The notes under the pieces were generated by a model that worked only from the letters and a program-made list of their open reading frames with translations, was not told the DNA's origin and did no database searches. Of a stretch of 64,000 nt of DNA, positions 36,530-44,506 are shown piece by piece. Position numbers and translations under genes: made by a program. Each line of letters opens with the position of its first letter. The first letter of the stretch is position 1. Source of the DNA: a virus; the IMG/VR virus record IMGVR_UViG_3300021437_000002; one strand, given 5' to 3'.

Positions 36530-36740
36530 GACACACCTCCTCATGGTGTCCTCAGTGAAAAGTGCGCGGCAGGTCTGCGAGGTACAGACGGTTCGGGAGC
36601 GATAGCTAGTCGTTCTCTAGCCGCATGAGTAACTATATCATGTGCATGAAGAGCGGGAAAGATGTGGCATGCGGCTTTGCCAAAGGGGACCTTATAATGT
36701 AGATTGACCGAAACAGACTCGTGCGTGGACACCCTCTAGA

Positions 36741-36775
36741 GGCTCCGCGGGCTCACAGCCCCCGGGGCCTTTTTT
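36741..36775 (+). terminator. rho-independent terminator-like hairpin
   Basis: GGCTCCGCGGGCT pairs with AGCCCCCGGGGCC (11 of 13 positions), followed by TTTTTT. Confidence 0.6.
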
Positions 36776-36805
36776 GTGGTCCGCGCAACGAGACAAGGAC
36801 GTGAC

Positions 36806-37129
36806 GTGTGGCAGGTTATCGATAACAACATGGGCTGGCTCATTGCTGTACTGGCAGTCGCAGTGCTCAGTCTCGGGTGCGGGGTCTGGTCGCAAATGCA
36901 GCGGTACAGTCGCAAGCTGAACCGCTTCGACGAGTGGGCGAAGCGGCAGGACAAGCACCGCTTAGCGGACCTGAAGGACCTCACCGAGCACCGCACGATC
37001 ATCGCCCGGGCGGTCAAGGATGAGCACGCGGAGATGATCACGCGGCTGCGAGAAGAAATGACGGCAGTGATCAAAAAGCTGGAGGGAGAAATGCACGCCC
37101 TGCGGAAAGGATCGGAGCGTGACACGTAA
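36806..37129 (+). CDS. membrane-anchored coiled-coil protein
   Basis: GTG at 36806, 7 nt after AAGGA. TM segment MGWLIAVLAVAVLSLGCGVW followed by a charged helix. Confidence 0.45.
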   Translation: MWQVIDNNMGWLIAVLAVAVLSLGCGVWSQMQRYSRKLNRFDEWAKRQDKHRLADLKDLTEHRTIIARAVKDEHAEMITRLREEMTAVIKKLEGEMHALRKGSERDT

Positions 37130-37415
37130 ACGCACCTTCGCCCAAAAAGAAGCGGAGCGGCGCTATTGGCGGCGCAACCTGCCGAGGCTGAACGCGAAAA
37201 AACGGCGCTACCGAGAGCGATTGAAGGCCGACCCTGAGCGGCTGGCAAAACACCGGGCCTCTCGGAATGCCTATTACCAGCAGTGGCAGGCAGGTCGCAA
37301 GCGCATCGCTGTCTTCTCACTGAAGAAGTGGGACTTTGTCAGAAAATGGGAATGGCGACTCAGTGCGCCGCTGCCACGCATCGAACCAGATGGTCAATTC
37401 TGGCTTGTCGAGTAA
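37119..37415 (+). CDS. basic R/K-rich protein
   Basis: 98-aa ORF. The R..Y..R periodicity resembles the C-terminus of the GIY-YIG protein. Confidence 0.4.
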   Translation: MTRKRTFAQKEAERRYWRRNLPRLNAKKRRYRERLKADPERLAKHRASRNAYYQQWQAGRKRIAVFSLKKWDFVRKWEWRLSAPLPRIEPDGQFWLVE

Positions 37416-37440
37416 CCCTTAACCACAGGATGGAGGTTGT

Positions 37441-37797
37441 ATGAAACTTTTGCTTGCTGGATGCTGTGCCCTACTGCTCTCGATGATGGTGACGCCCTCC
37501 GTGTTTGCGCAGGCGACCACGGCAACCGTGCATCTCACGTGGACCGCTGGCGCGAATGCGACCGTCTATAAGATCAATCGGAAAATCGGCGCCGCTGCCT
37601 ACGTCAATGCGATTGCCACCGTCAATGCGCCGGCAGTGTCCTACAATGATGCCGGACTCGCGCTAGGCAACACATTTTGTTACACCGTGACTGCCTCGGC
37701 TGCCGGGGGTGACGGTCCAATTAGTAACGAATGTTGCTCAGCCGTATTTGCTGCTGGTGGGGCAACGGGACTCAGTTGCTCGGTCACCGTTCCGTAG
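37441..37797 (+). CDS. secreted FN3-like protein
   Basis: Signal peptide ...SVFAQA, then VHLTWTAGANATVYKINRK...FCYTVTA. Confidence 0.6.
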   Translation: MKLLLAGCCALLLSMMVTPSVFAQATTATVHLTWTAGANATVYKINRKIGAAAYVNAIATVNAPAVSYNDAGLALGNTFCYTVTASAAGGDGPISNECCSAVFAAGGATGLSCSVTVP

Positions 37798-37806
37798 GAG
37801 ACTACT

Positions 37807-38745
37807 ATGCGTCGCCTCGTGCTCGTCCTCTTACTGTGTCTCTGGGCTGCGGTCGCTCACGCCCAGCAACTGACCCTGAGTTGGACGGCAGGGAGCATCC
37901 TGCCAGACAATTCCAACGCGCCGCAGGGATTCGAGATTCACCGCAAACTCCAGACCGAGGCGACATTCGGGATGATCGGCTCTGTCCCCTACCCCACGCT
38001 CAGCTTTATTGACAATCTGGGATTGACCTCTGGGCAGAGCGCCAGTTATGAGGTGCGCGCCTATAATTTGGTGGGCGTTTCAGGCTTCAGCAACATCGGG
38101 ACTGGGACGCCGGTCGCACCTCCTCCCCCTCCGCCACCTCCTCCTGTGGGCGCCGCCTCCGCACTGACGTGTGGCTACACCCTTGACACGACGCCTGCGC
38201 CGCTCGTCGTCACTGACAACTTCAATCGAGCAAACAATGCGGATTTGGGAGTAAACTGGACGCCAAATGTCCGATCCTGGAAGATCGTCTCCAATGCCGC
38301 GCAGCCGGTGCAGGTCTCCAATGGAGACTGCACCGAGCACAACACATCCGCTGCTTGGCCGAATGACCAATACTCACAAGCCACGATTATCATGTTGAGT
38401 GGTGGTCAGACCGGAGATGGGAGTGGGGTGGGGGTCGTCGTACGCGCAGCCGCGTCGGCCAATACCCTCTATCGTGGGGTCGGCAGCAAAGCTGCGAGCA
38501 ACAACACGGAGATCGCCCGCTTTGTGAACGACACCTACCAGCAGCTCGCGCAGGGAACGGTGACCTGGGACGTTGGCGACGTGATCCGCTTGGGAGTCCA
38601 CGGGCCTCTGCTCACCCTCCAGAAAAATGGCGTCACGGTTTTAACGGCGAGTGACGGAGGAATCACCAGCGGCTCACCCGGCATCACCCTGTCATCAACT
38701 CTTTTATCTGCTGCACTCGATAACTGGGAGGGGGGTGCAAACTGA
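37807..38745 (+). CDS. secreted FN3 - polyPro linker - jelly-roll-like domain protein
   Basis: Signal peptide ...AVAHAQQ, FN3-like LTLSWTAG...YEVRAYN, a P9 linker, and a C-terminal domain paralogous to gene 38773. Confidence 0.6.
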   Translation: MRRLVLVLLLCLWAAVAHAQQLTLSWTAGSILPDNSNAPQGFEIHRKLQTEATFGMIGSVPYPTLSFIDNLGLTSGQSASYEVRAYNLVGVSGFSNIGTGTPVAPPPPPPPPPVGAASALTCGYTLDTTPAPLVVTDNFNRANNADLGVNWTPNVRSWKIVSNAAQPVQVSNGDCTEHNTSAAWPNDQYSQATIIMLSGGQTGDGSGVGVVVRAAASANTLYRGVGSKAASNNTEIARFVNDTYQQLAQGTVTWDVGDVIRLGVHGPLLTLQKNGVTVLTASDGGITSGSPGITLSSTLLSAALDNWEGGAN

Positions 38746-38772
38746 ACTGAAGCTCAAAGGGAAATAAAAAAT

Positions 38773-39351
38773 ATGACTGCTCTCGTCACAGATAGTTTCA
38801 CCAGAGCCAATGCCGCTAATCTCGGGGCGAACTGGACAATTATTACTGGGGAAACGGCTATGCAGATCGTCTCCAATCATGCCGAGCCCACCTCCTTTAG
38901 CAGCGGCGACAGCGGAGAATTCTATTCTGCGATCACTTTTCCGGCAGATCAGTACTCGCAGATTATCCTGGTAGATGAGTTTGGCGCAACTGGCGGGTCA
39001 GGTCCGGCACTGATGGTTCGTGTCGCGAGCGGAGCGCGCACCTATTATCGATGGGCGTTCGCACTGAACGGGACATGGGAACTGGGAAAGAGTATCGCTG
39101 GGGTATTCACGAGTTTAGCGACCGGGACCGCGGCAGGATTTGCAGTAAATGATATCATCAAAATCCAGATAGCGGGGACGACGATCAAACTCTTTCGCAA
39201 TGCCACACAGATTGGTTCTAATGTAATCGATTCATCAATTGCAAGCGGATACCCCGGTATCGGATACTCGACGGCCGGGCAAACCGTGACTTTGATTAAT
39301 TGGCAGGGGGGGGATTTAGCAGACACACTTTTTGCCCAAGCGCTTTTATAG
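38773..39351 (+). CDS. fibre/receptor-binding-like protein (paralog of the 37807 C-terminal domain)
   Basis: Shared pattern D.F.RAN...LG.NWT...W.IVSN.A.P...DQYSQ. Confidence 0.55.
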   Translation: MTALVTDSFTRANAANLGANWTIITGETAMQIVSNHAEPTSFSSGDSGEFYSAITFPADQYSQIILVDEFGATGGSGPALMVRVASGARTYYRWAFALNGTWELGKSIAGVFTSLATGTAAGFAVNDIIKIQIAGTTIKLFRNATQIGSNVIDSSIASGYPGIGYSTAGQTVTLINWQGGDLADTLFAQALL

Positions 39352-39359
39352 GAGGATCT

Positions 39360-39731
39360 ATGGCTTCTCTACGCAAATATGACGGCTATCTCATGATCGA
39401 TCACAGGGCGAGTCCGGGGATTCCTGCTGAAATTGCCCACTTAGCCAACCTCGATCCAAAACAGTGCGGTGAGGGAAAACTACTGGAGGCAGCAACGCTC
39501 TCCTGCTCGCATTGCCGGTGTGCCGTTATTCTCAATCCGCTGCGCACCCGGGAGCGAGCGTACTGCCAAAAGTGCGACCATTACATTTGCGACTTTTGTG
39601 CTGCGATGGCAAGCACGTCTGATTACAGTCATCTGCCCTTCGAGAAACTTGCCGATCTGACGTTCACTCTCGCAGCAAAAGGAGGTGATCTCGGCAGTCC
39701 GCAAGGATTGCTCAGTCTAGTCAAATCCTAA
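39360..39731 (+). CDS. Cys-rich zinc-binding-like protein
   Basis: AGGAGG upstream. Contains CSHCRC...CQKCDHYICDFC. Confidence 0.5.
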   Translation: MASLRKYDGYLMIDHRASPGIPAEIAHLANLDPKQCGEGKLLEAATLSCSHCRCAVILNPLRTRERAYCQKCDHYICDFCAAMASTSDYSHLPFEKLADLTFTLAAKGGDLGSPQGLLSLVKS

Positions 39732-39778
39732 TCTGTATCGTCACCACACATCCACCCTAATCCATAAGGAGTATCACG

Positions 39779-40285
39779 ATGAAAAGAGTTTTTCAGGCAG
39801 CGACATGGACCCCGACCGCGGCGGCGGATAACACTACCCTGGCGAACGGTACCTATATGGCTATTGGCGCCAGCGGCGCTGCGGCCGGATGCCTCGTGTC
39901 GGAAATTTTTGAGGGCGGGCAGGCCACTGCATCGGCGGTCAACATCATGGTCTTTGCCCGCGATGTCGTGCTCGGCGCGACCCCAACCGCGCTGGCGACC
40001 CCCAATTCTGATGGCCCGCTGAACTCATTCGCCTCTGCACTAAGTGCCAATGCCCTCACCTTTGTTGCTGCCCTCACTGGTCCCTCCCGTATCACGGCAG
40101 CCACAGGGGCCAAGCTCAATCTGAGCTTTAATGCCTTCGGTGGCATCTGCAAATGGCTGGCACCACAAGGGGGAGAATGGGGCATCCTTGGTGTCGGCAC
40201 GTCCGTCAGTGAGTCTTCACTCTCCGCCTTTACAGGTGGAAATGTAGGGCTGATGGGAGCCCATCTTGTCTACGAGATTTTGTGA
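39779..40285 (+). CDS. hypothetical A/G-rich protein
   Basis: 168-aa ORF with AAGGAG upstream. Confidence 0.5.
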   Translation: MKRVFQAATWTPTAAADNTTLANGTYMAIGASGAAAGCLVSEIFEGGQATASAVNIMVFARDVVLGATPTALATPNSDGPLNSFASALSANALTFVAALTGPSRITAATGAKLNLSFNAFGGICKWLAPQGGEWGILGVGTSVSESSLSAFTGGNVGLMGAHLVYEIL

Positions 40286-40307
40286 TTATCACATAATGTG
40301 ATATAAT
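40280..40307 (+). promoter_or_regulatory. sigma70-like promoter with embedded palindromic operator
   Basis: TTGTGA, 16-nt spacer, TATAAT. The spacer contains the perfect palindrome ATCACATAATGTGAT (40288-40302). Confidence 0.5.
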
Positions 40308-40357
40308 CCTTGATTTACTCAGTAAAATCAAGGATGTTTAGCTCATCGCACCACAAC

Positions 40358-40396
40358 AAACCCTAGCCCTTAAGAGTCTACAGATGCTAGGGTTTT
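40358..40396 (+). terminator. terminator/attenuator-like hairpin in the leader of the GIY-YIG gene
   Basis: AAACCCTAGC pairs with GCTAGGGTTT, followed by a short T run. Preceded by the hairpin CCTTGATTT/AAATCAAGG (40308-40333). Confidence 0.4.
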
Positions 40397-40436
40397 GTGA
40401 TATCTTATGATACCATGACGTTATAGGAGGTACGCT

Positions 40437-41219
40437 ATGGCGTCGAAGGTAAAATGTGGGATTTACGTGATTGAGCAGATAGATTGTCAGAACTATTACA
40501 TTGGGAGCAGTAAGAGTGTTCATTCCCGATGGTCTAAGCATCGTTTATTGCTAAGAAGCGGAAAACATCACTCGCCATATCTGCAAAACGCTTGGACGAA
40601 ATATGATGAGGCGACTTTTCGTTTTTGGATAATCGAGGAGTGTGAACCGTCTGAATTGCTCGCGAAGGAGCAAGAATATATAGACAATCTTAACCCAGTA
40701 TTTAATGTCTGCCCGTTAGCAAGATCGCGGGCAGGGTCGAAATATACTCTAGAACAACTCCTGCGGCATAAAGCAATTCACTCTGCCCGTGCCGCCCTCA
40801 TCACACATTGTCCACGGGGGCATGAATACACGGAGGAAAACACCTACCGGAATAGCAAGAACGATCGTATCTGCCGCGCCTGCAATGCGTTGCGCGTCTC
40901 GGCGATCTATGAGGCGGAGACACCGGAACAACGGGAGGCGCGGCGGCTGCGGGCCGCTCGCTATGCTGAGCGCACCAGAGAGAGAAGGCTTGTACAGCAA
41001 CAGGAATACATGGCGGCTCATAAAGAAGAGAAACGCGCCTATGATATTGCCCATCGTGCCAGAACGAACGAACTGCGTAAGCAGAGGCGCGCCACGATGA
41101 CACCCGAACAACGCGCCTCACAACTTGAGCAGAAGCGGCAATCCTATCTGCGTCATCATGACAAGAACCTGATGAAGATGCGAGAACGTTACGCAAGACG
41201 GATCATAGCGAGCCTCTAA
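40437..41219 (+). CDS. GIY-YIG homing endonuclease
   Basis: GIYVIEQ...YYIGSS...R.SKH...LQNAW.KY...F.FWIIEEC...EQEYID..NPVFN. GGAGG upstream. The 5' part is AT-richer. Confidence 0.85.
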   Translation: MASKVKCGIYVIEQIDCQNYYIGSSKSVHSRWSKHRLLLRSGKHHSPYLQNAWTKYDEATFRFWIIEECEPSELLAKEQEYIDNLNPVFNVCPLARSRAGSKYTLEQLLRHKAIHSARAALITHCPRGHEYTEENTYRNSKNDRICRACNALRVSAIYEAETPEQREARRLRAARYAERTRERRLVQQQEYMAAHKEEKRAYDIAHRARTNELRKQRRATMTPEQRASQLEQKRQSYLRHHDKNLMKMRERYARRIIASL

Positions 41220-41222
41220 AAA

Positions 41223-43307
41223 ATGGCGACCATCTTTCGACCACCGATCATCACGCCGAAGCCTCCCCCGTGGGTGCCGGTCGTCGAAGTTGTCGCCAAC
41301 CTCCTGCTCACCGTCCTGGCGGGAGCGCCAACTCCTGCCCCATTCCACCAAACCGACTGGCCGACTCCCGCTCGGCCGGCCGCGCCGAAACAGGAAGCGC
41401 CGCCGCCCAATCTTCTGCTCACGACGCTGGCGCCGGCGCCGATGCCGCCATTCAGCCAGGATGATTGGCCGCTGCCAAGCCGGACGGTCAGCTACCGATA
41501 CGATGCACAGGCCAATCTCCTCACCACGACGCTGGCGCCGGTGCCGTTTCGTCAGCAGGATTGGCCGAGTCCGGCACCACGGCAGACACCATCGCAAGAC
41601 GGCCCGCCGAACCTGCTCATAACGCCAGGACTGACGCCCCCATTCAATCAGGACGACTGGCCGGCACCTGTCGCGAAGAAAGCACAGCAGGATGAGGGCG
41701 CACCGAACCTGGTCATTTTCACGCGTGCGCCAGTGCCGTTCAGCCAGACGGACTGGCCGAGTCCGGGAAGACGAGCGATACCGCAGGCGGAGGGTGTCCA
41801 GAATCTCCTCCTCACTCCAGGGCTTGCCCCGCCGTTTCTCTCTGTCGATTTTCCGCCAGTGCGAGCGGTTGGCCGACCAATCCAAACGGATCCGCCGAAC
41901 CTGCTCGCCTCGACACTGGCACTCCCGTCAGCACCGGTTGTCCCGATTGACTGGCCGATTCCCGCTCGGCGCGCACTGCCCCAGGCGGACATACTCCCGA
42001 ATCTGCTCGGGACGACCCTCACGCCAGCGGTCATCGCGGTCCCGTTTACGCCGGTCGATTTTCCGCTCTCACGAGCGCTGGCACGGCCTGTTCACGCAGA
42101 TCCGCAGAACTTGCTGCTGACGACTCTGGCCCCGGCGGTCATAGCCCAACCGTTCAACCAGAATGACTGGCCGCAGCCTGTCGCAAAGAAAGCGCAGCGA
42201 GCTGACGATCCGCTGAACCTTCTCTTGACGCCGGGATTAGCGCCGCCGTTTGGCCAGAATGACTGGCCTCTCTCTGTCAGGCGAGCAGGTCCACAAGCGG
42301 ATGTCCCTCCGAATCTCCTCGGGACAATGTTGGCCCCGGTGGTCATAGCCCACCCCTTTCATCAGGATGATTGGCCGGCTGTAGCCAAATGCAGAGCGTT
42401 GCGGGATGAGGCCGTACCAAATCTGCTGCTGACGACTCTGACCCCGGCTCCTGCGGTCCTTCCTTTCCGATTGCTCGATTTTCCGCCGCTACGGGGGAGA
42501 GCGCAGCCTTTCTCGGCAGACCTGCCTAATCTACTCTCAACGACCTTGGCACCGGCTCTACCCACCGCTGCGCCCTTGAGCGGGCAGGATTGGCCGCTCC
42601 CACCCAGACGGCCAGCAGTGCAGGCGGAGAGCATTCCCAATTTGCTGTTGACGACGCTCGCCCCGGTAGTTGCCCCATTCAATCAGGATGACTGGCCGAT
42701 ACCGGCGCGAAGCAGGGGCGTGCAATCGGCAGACCTCGCCCCGAACCTCCTCTTAACGCCGGGGTTAGCGCCGCCGTTTCTTCCTGTTGATTTTTCCTCA
42801 CCTCGATCGACAGGACGGGCCCCACAGTCTGAAATCGCGCCGAATCTCTTACTCTCGACATTGGCCCCGGTACCCGCGCCATTCCGGCAAACAGACTGGC
42901 CGCCCCTTTCAGCAAAGAGATCACAGCGAGTTGACGATCCGCAAAACCTCCTCGATACCACCCTGGCTGCAGCGCCAGCCGTGCCGGTACCATTTGCACA
43001 GGATGACTGGCCGACTCCAATCAAGCGGGCAGTGCGACCAGAGTGGGCAGCGCCGAATCTCCTGACCGGGTCCCTGACTGCAATTCCGCCTGTCGCACCT
43101 TTCCGCCCCCTCGATTTTCCTTTGCCGCAGAGGAGTGCGAGAACCGCACAGAGTGACCCGCCCAACATGCTGCTGATGATGCTCAGTCAGCCGATCAGTA
43201 CCGGACCCAACGTGCTCCGGCTGGTCAACGAGCAAACCGTGAAACCCACGCTCGCCAATGAGGGCGCGAACCTCGCGCATCTAGTCAATGAGGGCATTGT
43301 CAAGTAG
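41223..43307 (+). CDS. tandem-repeat Pro/Trp-rich protein (fibre-like?)
   Basis: 694 aa containing 18 units of consensus PNLL.TTLAP...PF.Q.DWP.P.RR...... Confidence 0.7.
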   Translation: MATIFRPPIITPKPPPWVPVVEVVANLLLTVLAGAPTPAPFHQTDWPTPARPAAPKQEAPPPNLLLTTLAPAPMPPFSQDDWPLPSRTVSYRYDAQANLLTTTLAPVPFRQQDWPSPAPRQTPSQDGPPNLLITPGLTPPFNQDDWPAPVAKKAQQDEGAPNLVIFTRAPVPFSQTDWPSPGRRAIPQAEGVQNLLLTPGLAPPFLSVDFPPVRAVGRPIQTDPPNLLASTLALPSAPVVPIDWPIPARRALPQADILPNLLGTTLTPAVIAVPFTPVDFPLSRALARPVHADPQNLLLTTLAPAVIAQPFNQNDWPQPVAKKAQRADDPLNLLLTPGLAPPFGQNDWPLSVRRAGPQADVPPNLLGTMLAPVVIAHPFHQDDWPAVAKCRALRDEAVPNLLLTTLTPAPAVLPFRLLDFPPLRGRAQPFSADLPNLLSTTLAPALPTAAPLSGQDWPLPPRRPAVQAESIPNLLLTTLAPVVAPFNQDDWPIPARSRGVQSADLAPNLLLTPGLAPPFLPVDFSSPRSTGRAPQSEIAPNLLLSTLAPVPAPFRQTDWPPLSAKRSQRVDDPQNLLDTTLAAAPAVPVPFAQDDWPTPIKRAVRPEWAAPNLLTGSLTAIPPVAPFRPLDFPLPQRSARTAQSDPPNMLLMMLSQPISTGPNVLRLVNEQTVKPTLANEGANLAHLVNEGIVK
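41298..43190 (+). repeat. 18 tandem coding repeats of about 104 nt (about 35 aa)
   Basis: The D(W/F)P core was counted 18 times. The units are diverged at the nucleotide level and conserved at the peptide level. Confidence 0.8.
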
Positions 43308-43328
43308 ACTCACAGCTCGGAGGACTCT

Positions 43329-43553
43329 ATGGCCAATCCACATGTGGTGATCGAGTATGATCCGCAAACGCAAACGCCAAGTTGGTCGCTCACGGAAGGA
43401 TTCCCGATCAAGGATTTGCTCTTGGCAATTGAGATGCTCAAGGCCTCGATCATCAATGCGCAACTGCAGATGACCATTCAGAAGCGCCAAGAAACGGATC
43501 AGCCGCGCATCATCGTTCCGTCGCTGCAGCCAATACACACGAAGGGGAATTGA
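43329..43553 (+). CDS. hypothetical protein
   Basis: 74-aa ORF. Confidence 0.45.
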   Translation: MANPHVVIEYDPQTQTPSWSLTEGFPIKDLLLAIEMLKASIINAQLQMTIQKRQETDQPRIIVPSLQPIHTKGN

Positions 43554-43957
43554 GCGTGGCCGCCCCAACCCCCTATCTCATCGAACTGACCGAAGGGGAA
43601 ACCGCTACCTACACAGCTTCCTTGCAGGACGAGAATGGCGCCCCCGTGAGCAGTGCTTCACTCAGCGGTGCCCGGCTCACCTACTACTCGGTGCATACCG
43701 GCGCCATCATCAACGGCCGCAATAACCAGAATATCCTGAACGCCAACAATGTGACCATCAGCGCAGGTGGTGCGCTCGCATGGAAACTGCAAGAGGCAGA
43801 CGTGCGCATTAGCGATGCCCCTATTGCTGACGGTGCGGTCGTTTCTCACCGGGCCGTCTTTGTCTTTGAGTGGCTGGACTCGGGGTTGGTCCCGCGCCAG
43901 ATGGTGCGGGAGGTGACAGTCAAGCTCTCGCAGGCGAAGAACGCGCCGTTTAGTTAG
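43550..43957 (+). CDS. hypothetical beta-rich protein (last gene of the plus-strand block)
   Basis: 135-aa ORF. The likely start is the GTG at 43556, 8 nt after AAGGGG. Confidence 0.5.
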   Translation: MSVAAPTPYLIELTEGETATYTASLQDENGAPVSSASLSGARLTYYSVHTGAIINGRNNQNILNANNVTISAGGALAWKLQEADVRISDAPIADGAVVSHRAVFVFEWLDSGLVPRQMVREVTVKLSQAKNAPFS

Positions 43958-44089
43958 GGCGACAAGAAAACGAAGGGGTCCTCGCCGTAAAAGATAGGAC
44001 TGCCGGGAACTTTGGTTCCTGCTCCGCGTCGGCCCAGAGGGGATCGGTGAGGGGAGGCGCCCCCGCGTGATACGGAGTGCCCCCTTTAG

Positions 44090-44410
44090 TTAGGCAGCAG
44101 ATTTGGTTTCTTTCGACGGCACGGGCAAAGCGAACATCTCCGGGGTCCGGCTGAAAAACTTTGGCATAGCGCCAATCACGCGGCGTTGGACTTCCTCCTG
44201 GTCGGATCCCGATTTCTTGAAAAAATCAAAGAGAAAATTGAGATACTTGAGCCGCACGGTCTCGCCCGCATAGACGCCCTTGATGAGCGTATTGCTGGCG
44301 TCGAGCTGCTTGGAGGTGAGGCTCCCGTTGATGGCACCCTGGGCGAGATGGTCACGGAACTCCGCGACACCCTGCTCGGTGACCAGCGTAAACTTTTTCT
44401 CTTCTGCCAT
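44090..44410 (-). CDS. hypothetical protein
   Basis: ATG at 44410, 8 nt after AAGGAG. 106 aa. Confidence 0.55.
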   Translation of the reverse strand: MAEEKKFTLVTEQGVAEFRDHLAQGAINGSLTSKQLDASNTLIKGVYAGETVRLKYLNFLFDFFKKSGSDQEEVQRRVIGAMPKFFSRTPEMFALPVPSKETKSAA

Positions 44411-44506
44411 ATACACACTCCTTGTAAGTAAGGGCGGGAGCGGTCCCGCCCACGTTGAAAGGAAAGATCGCGACGGCACGACACATCACATCAAACCACC
44501 GCACTA

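Noticed and set aside
36664-36680. Sigma54-like TGGCAT-N-TTTGC element
   Set aside because: The GG to GC spacing is one nucleotide longer than the canonical -24/-12 spacing, and no activator gene is nearby.
41118-41885. 255-aa and other long minus-strand or alternate-frame ORFs in 41118-43280
   Set aside because: They are by-products of the 18 tandem coding repeats, and they are Arg/Gly-rich.
43958-44089. Possible bidirectional terminator or att site in the convergent gap between the late and early operons
   Set aside because: Only short GC hairpins without U-runs were seen (GGCGA...TCGCC and GGGGAGGCGCCCCC). No repeat matches the region next to int, so no call was made.
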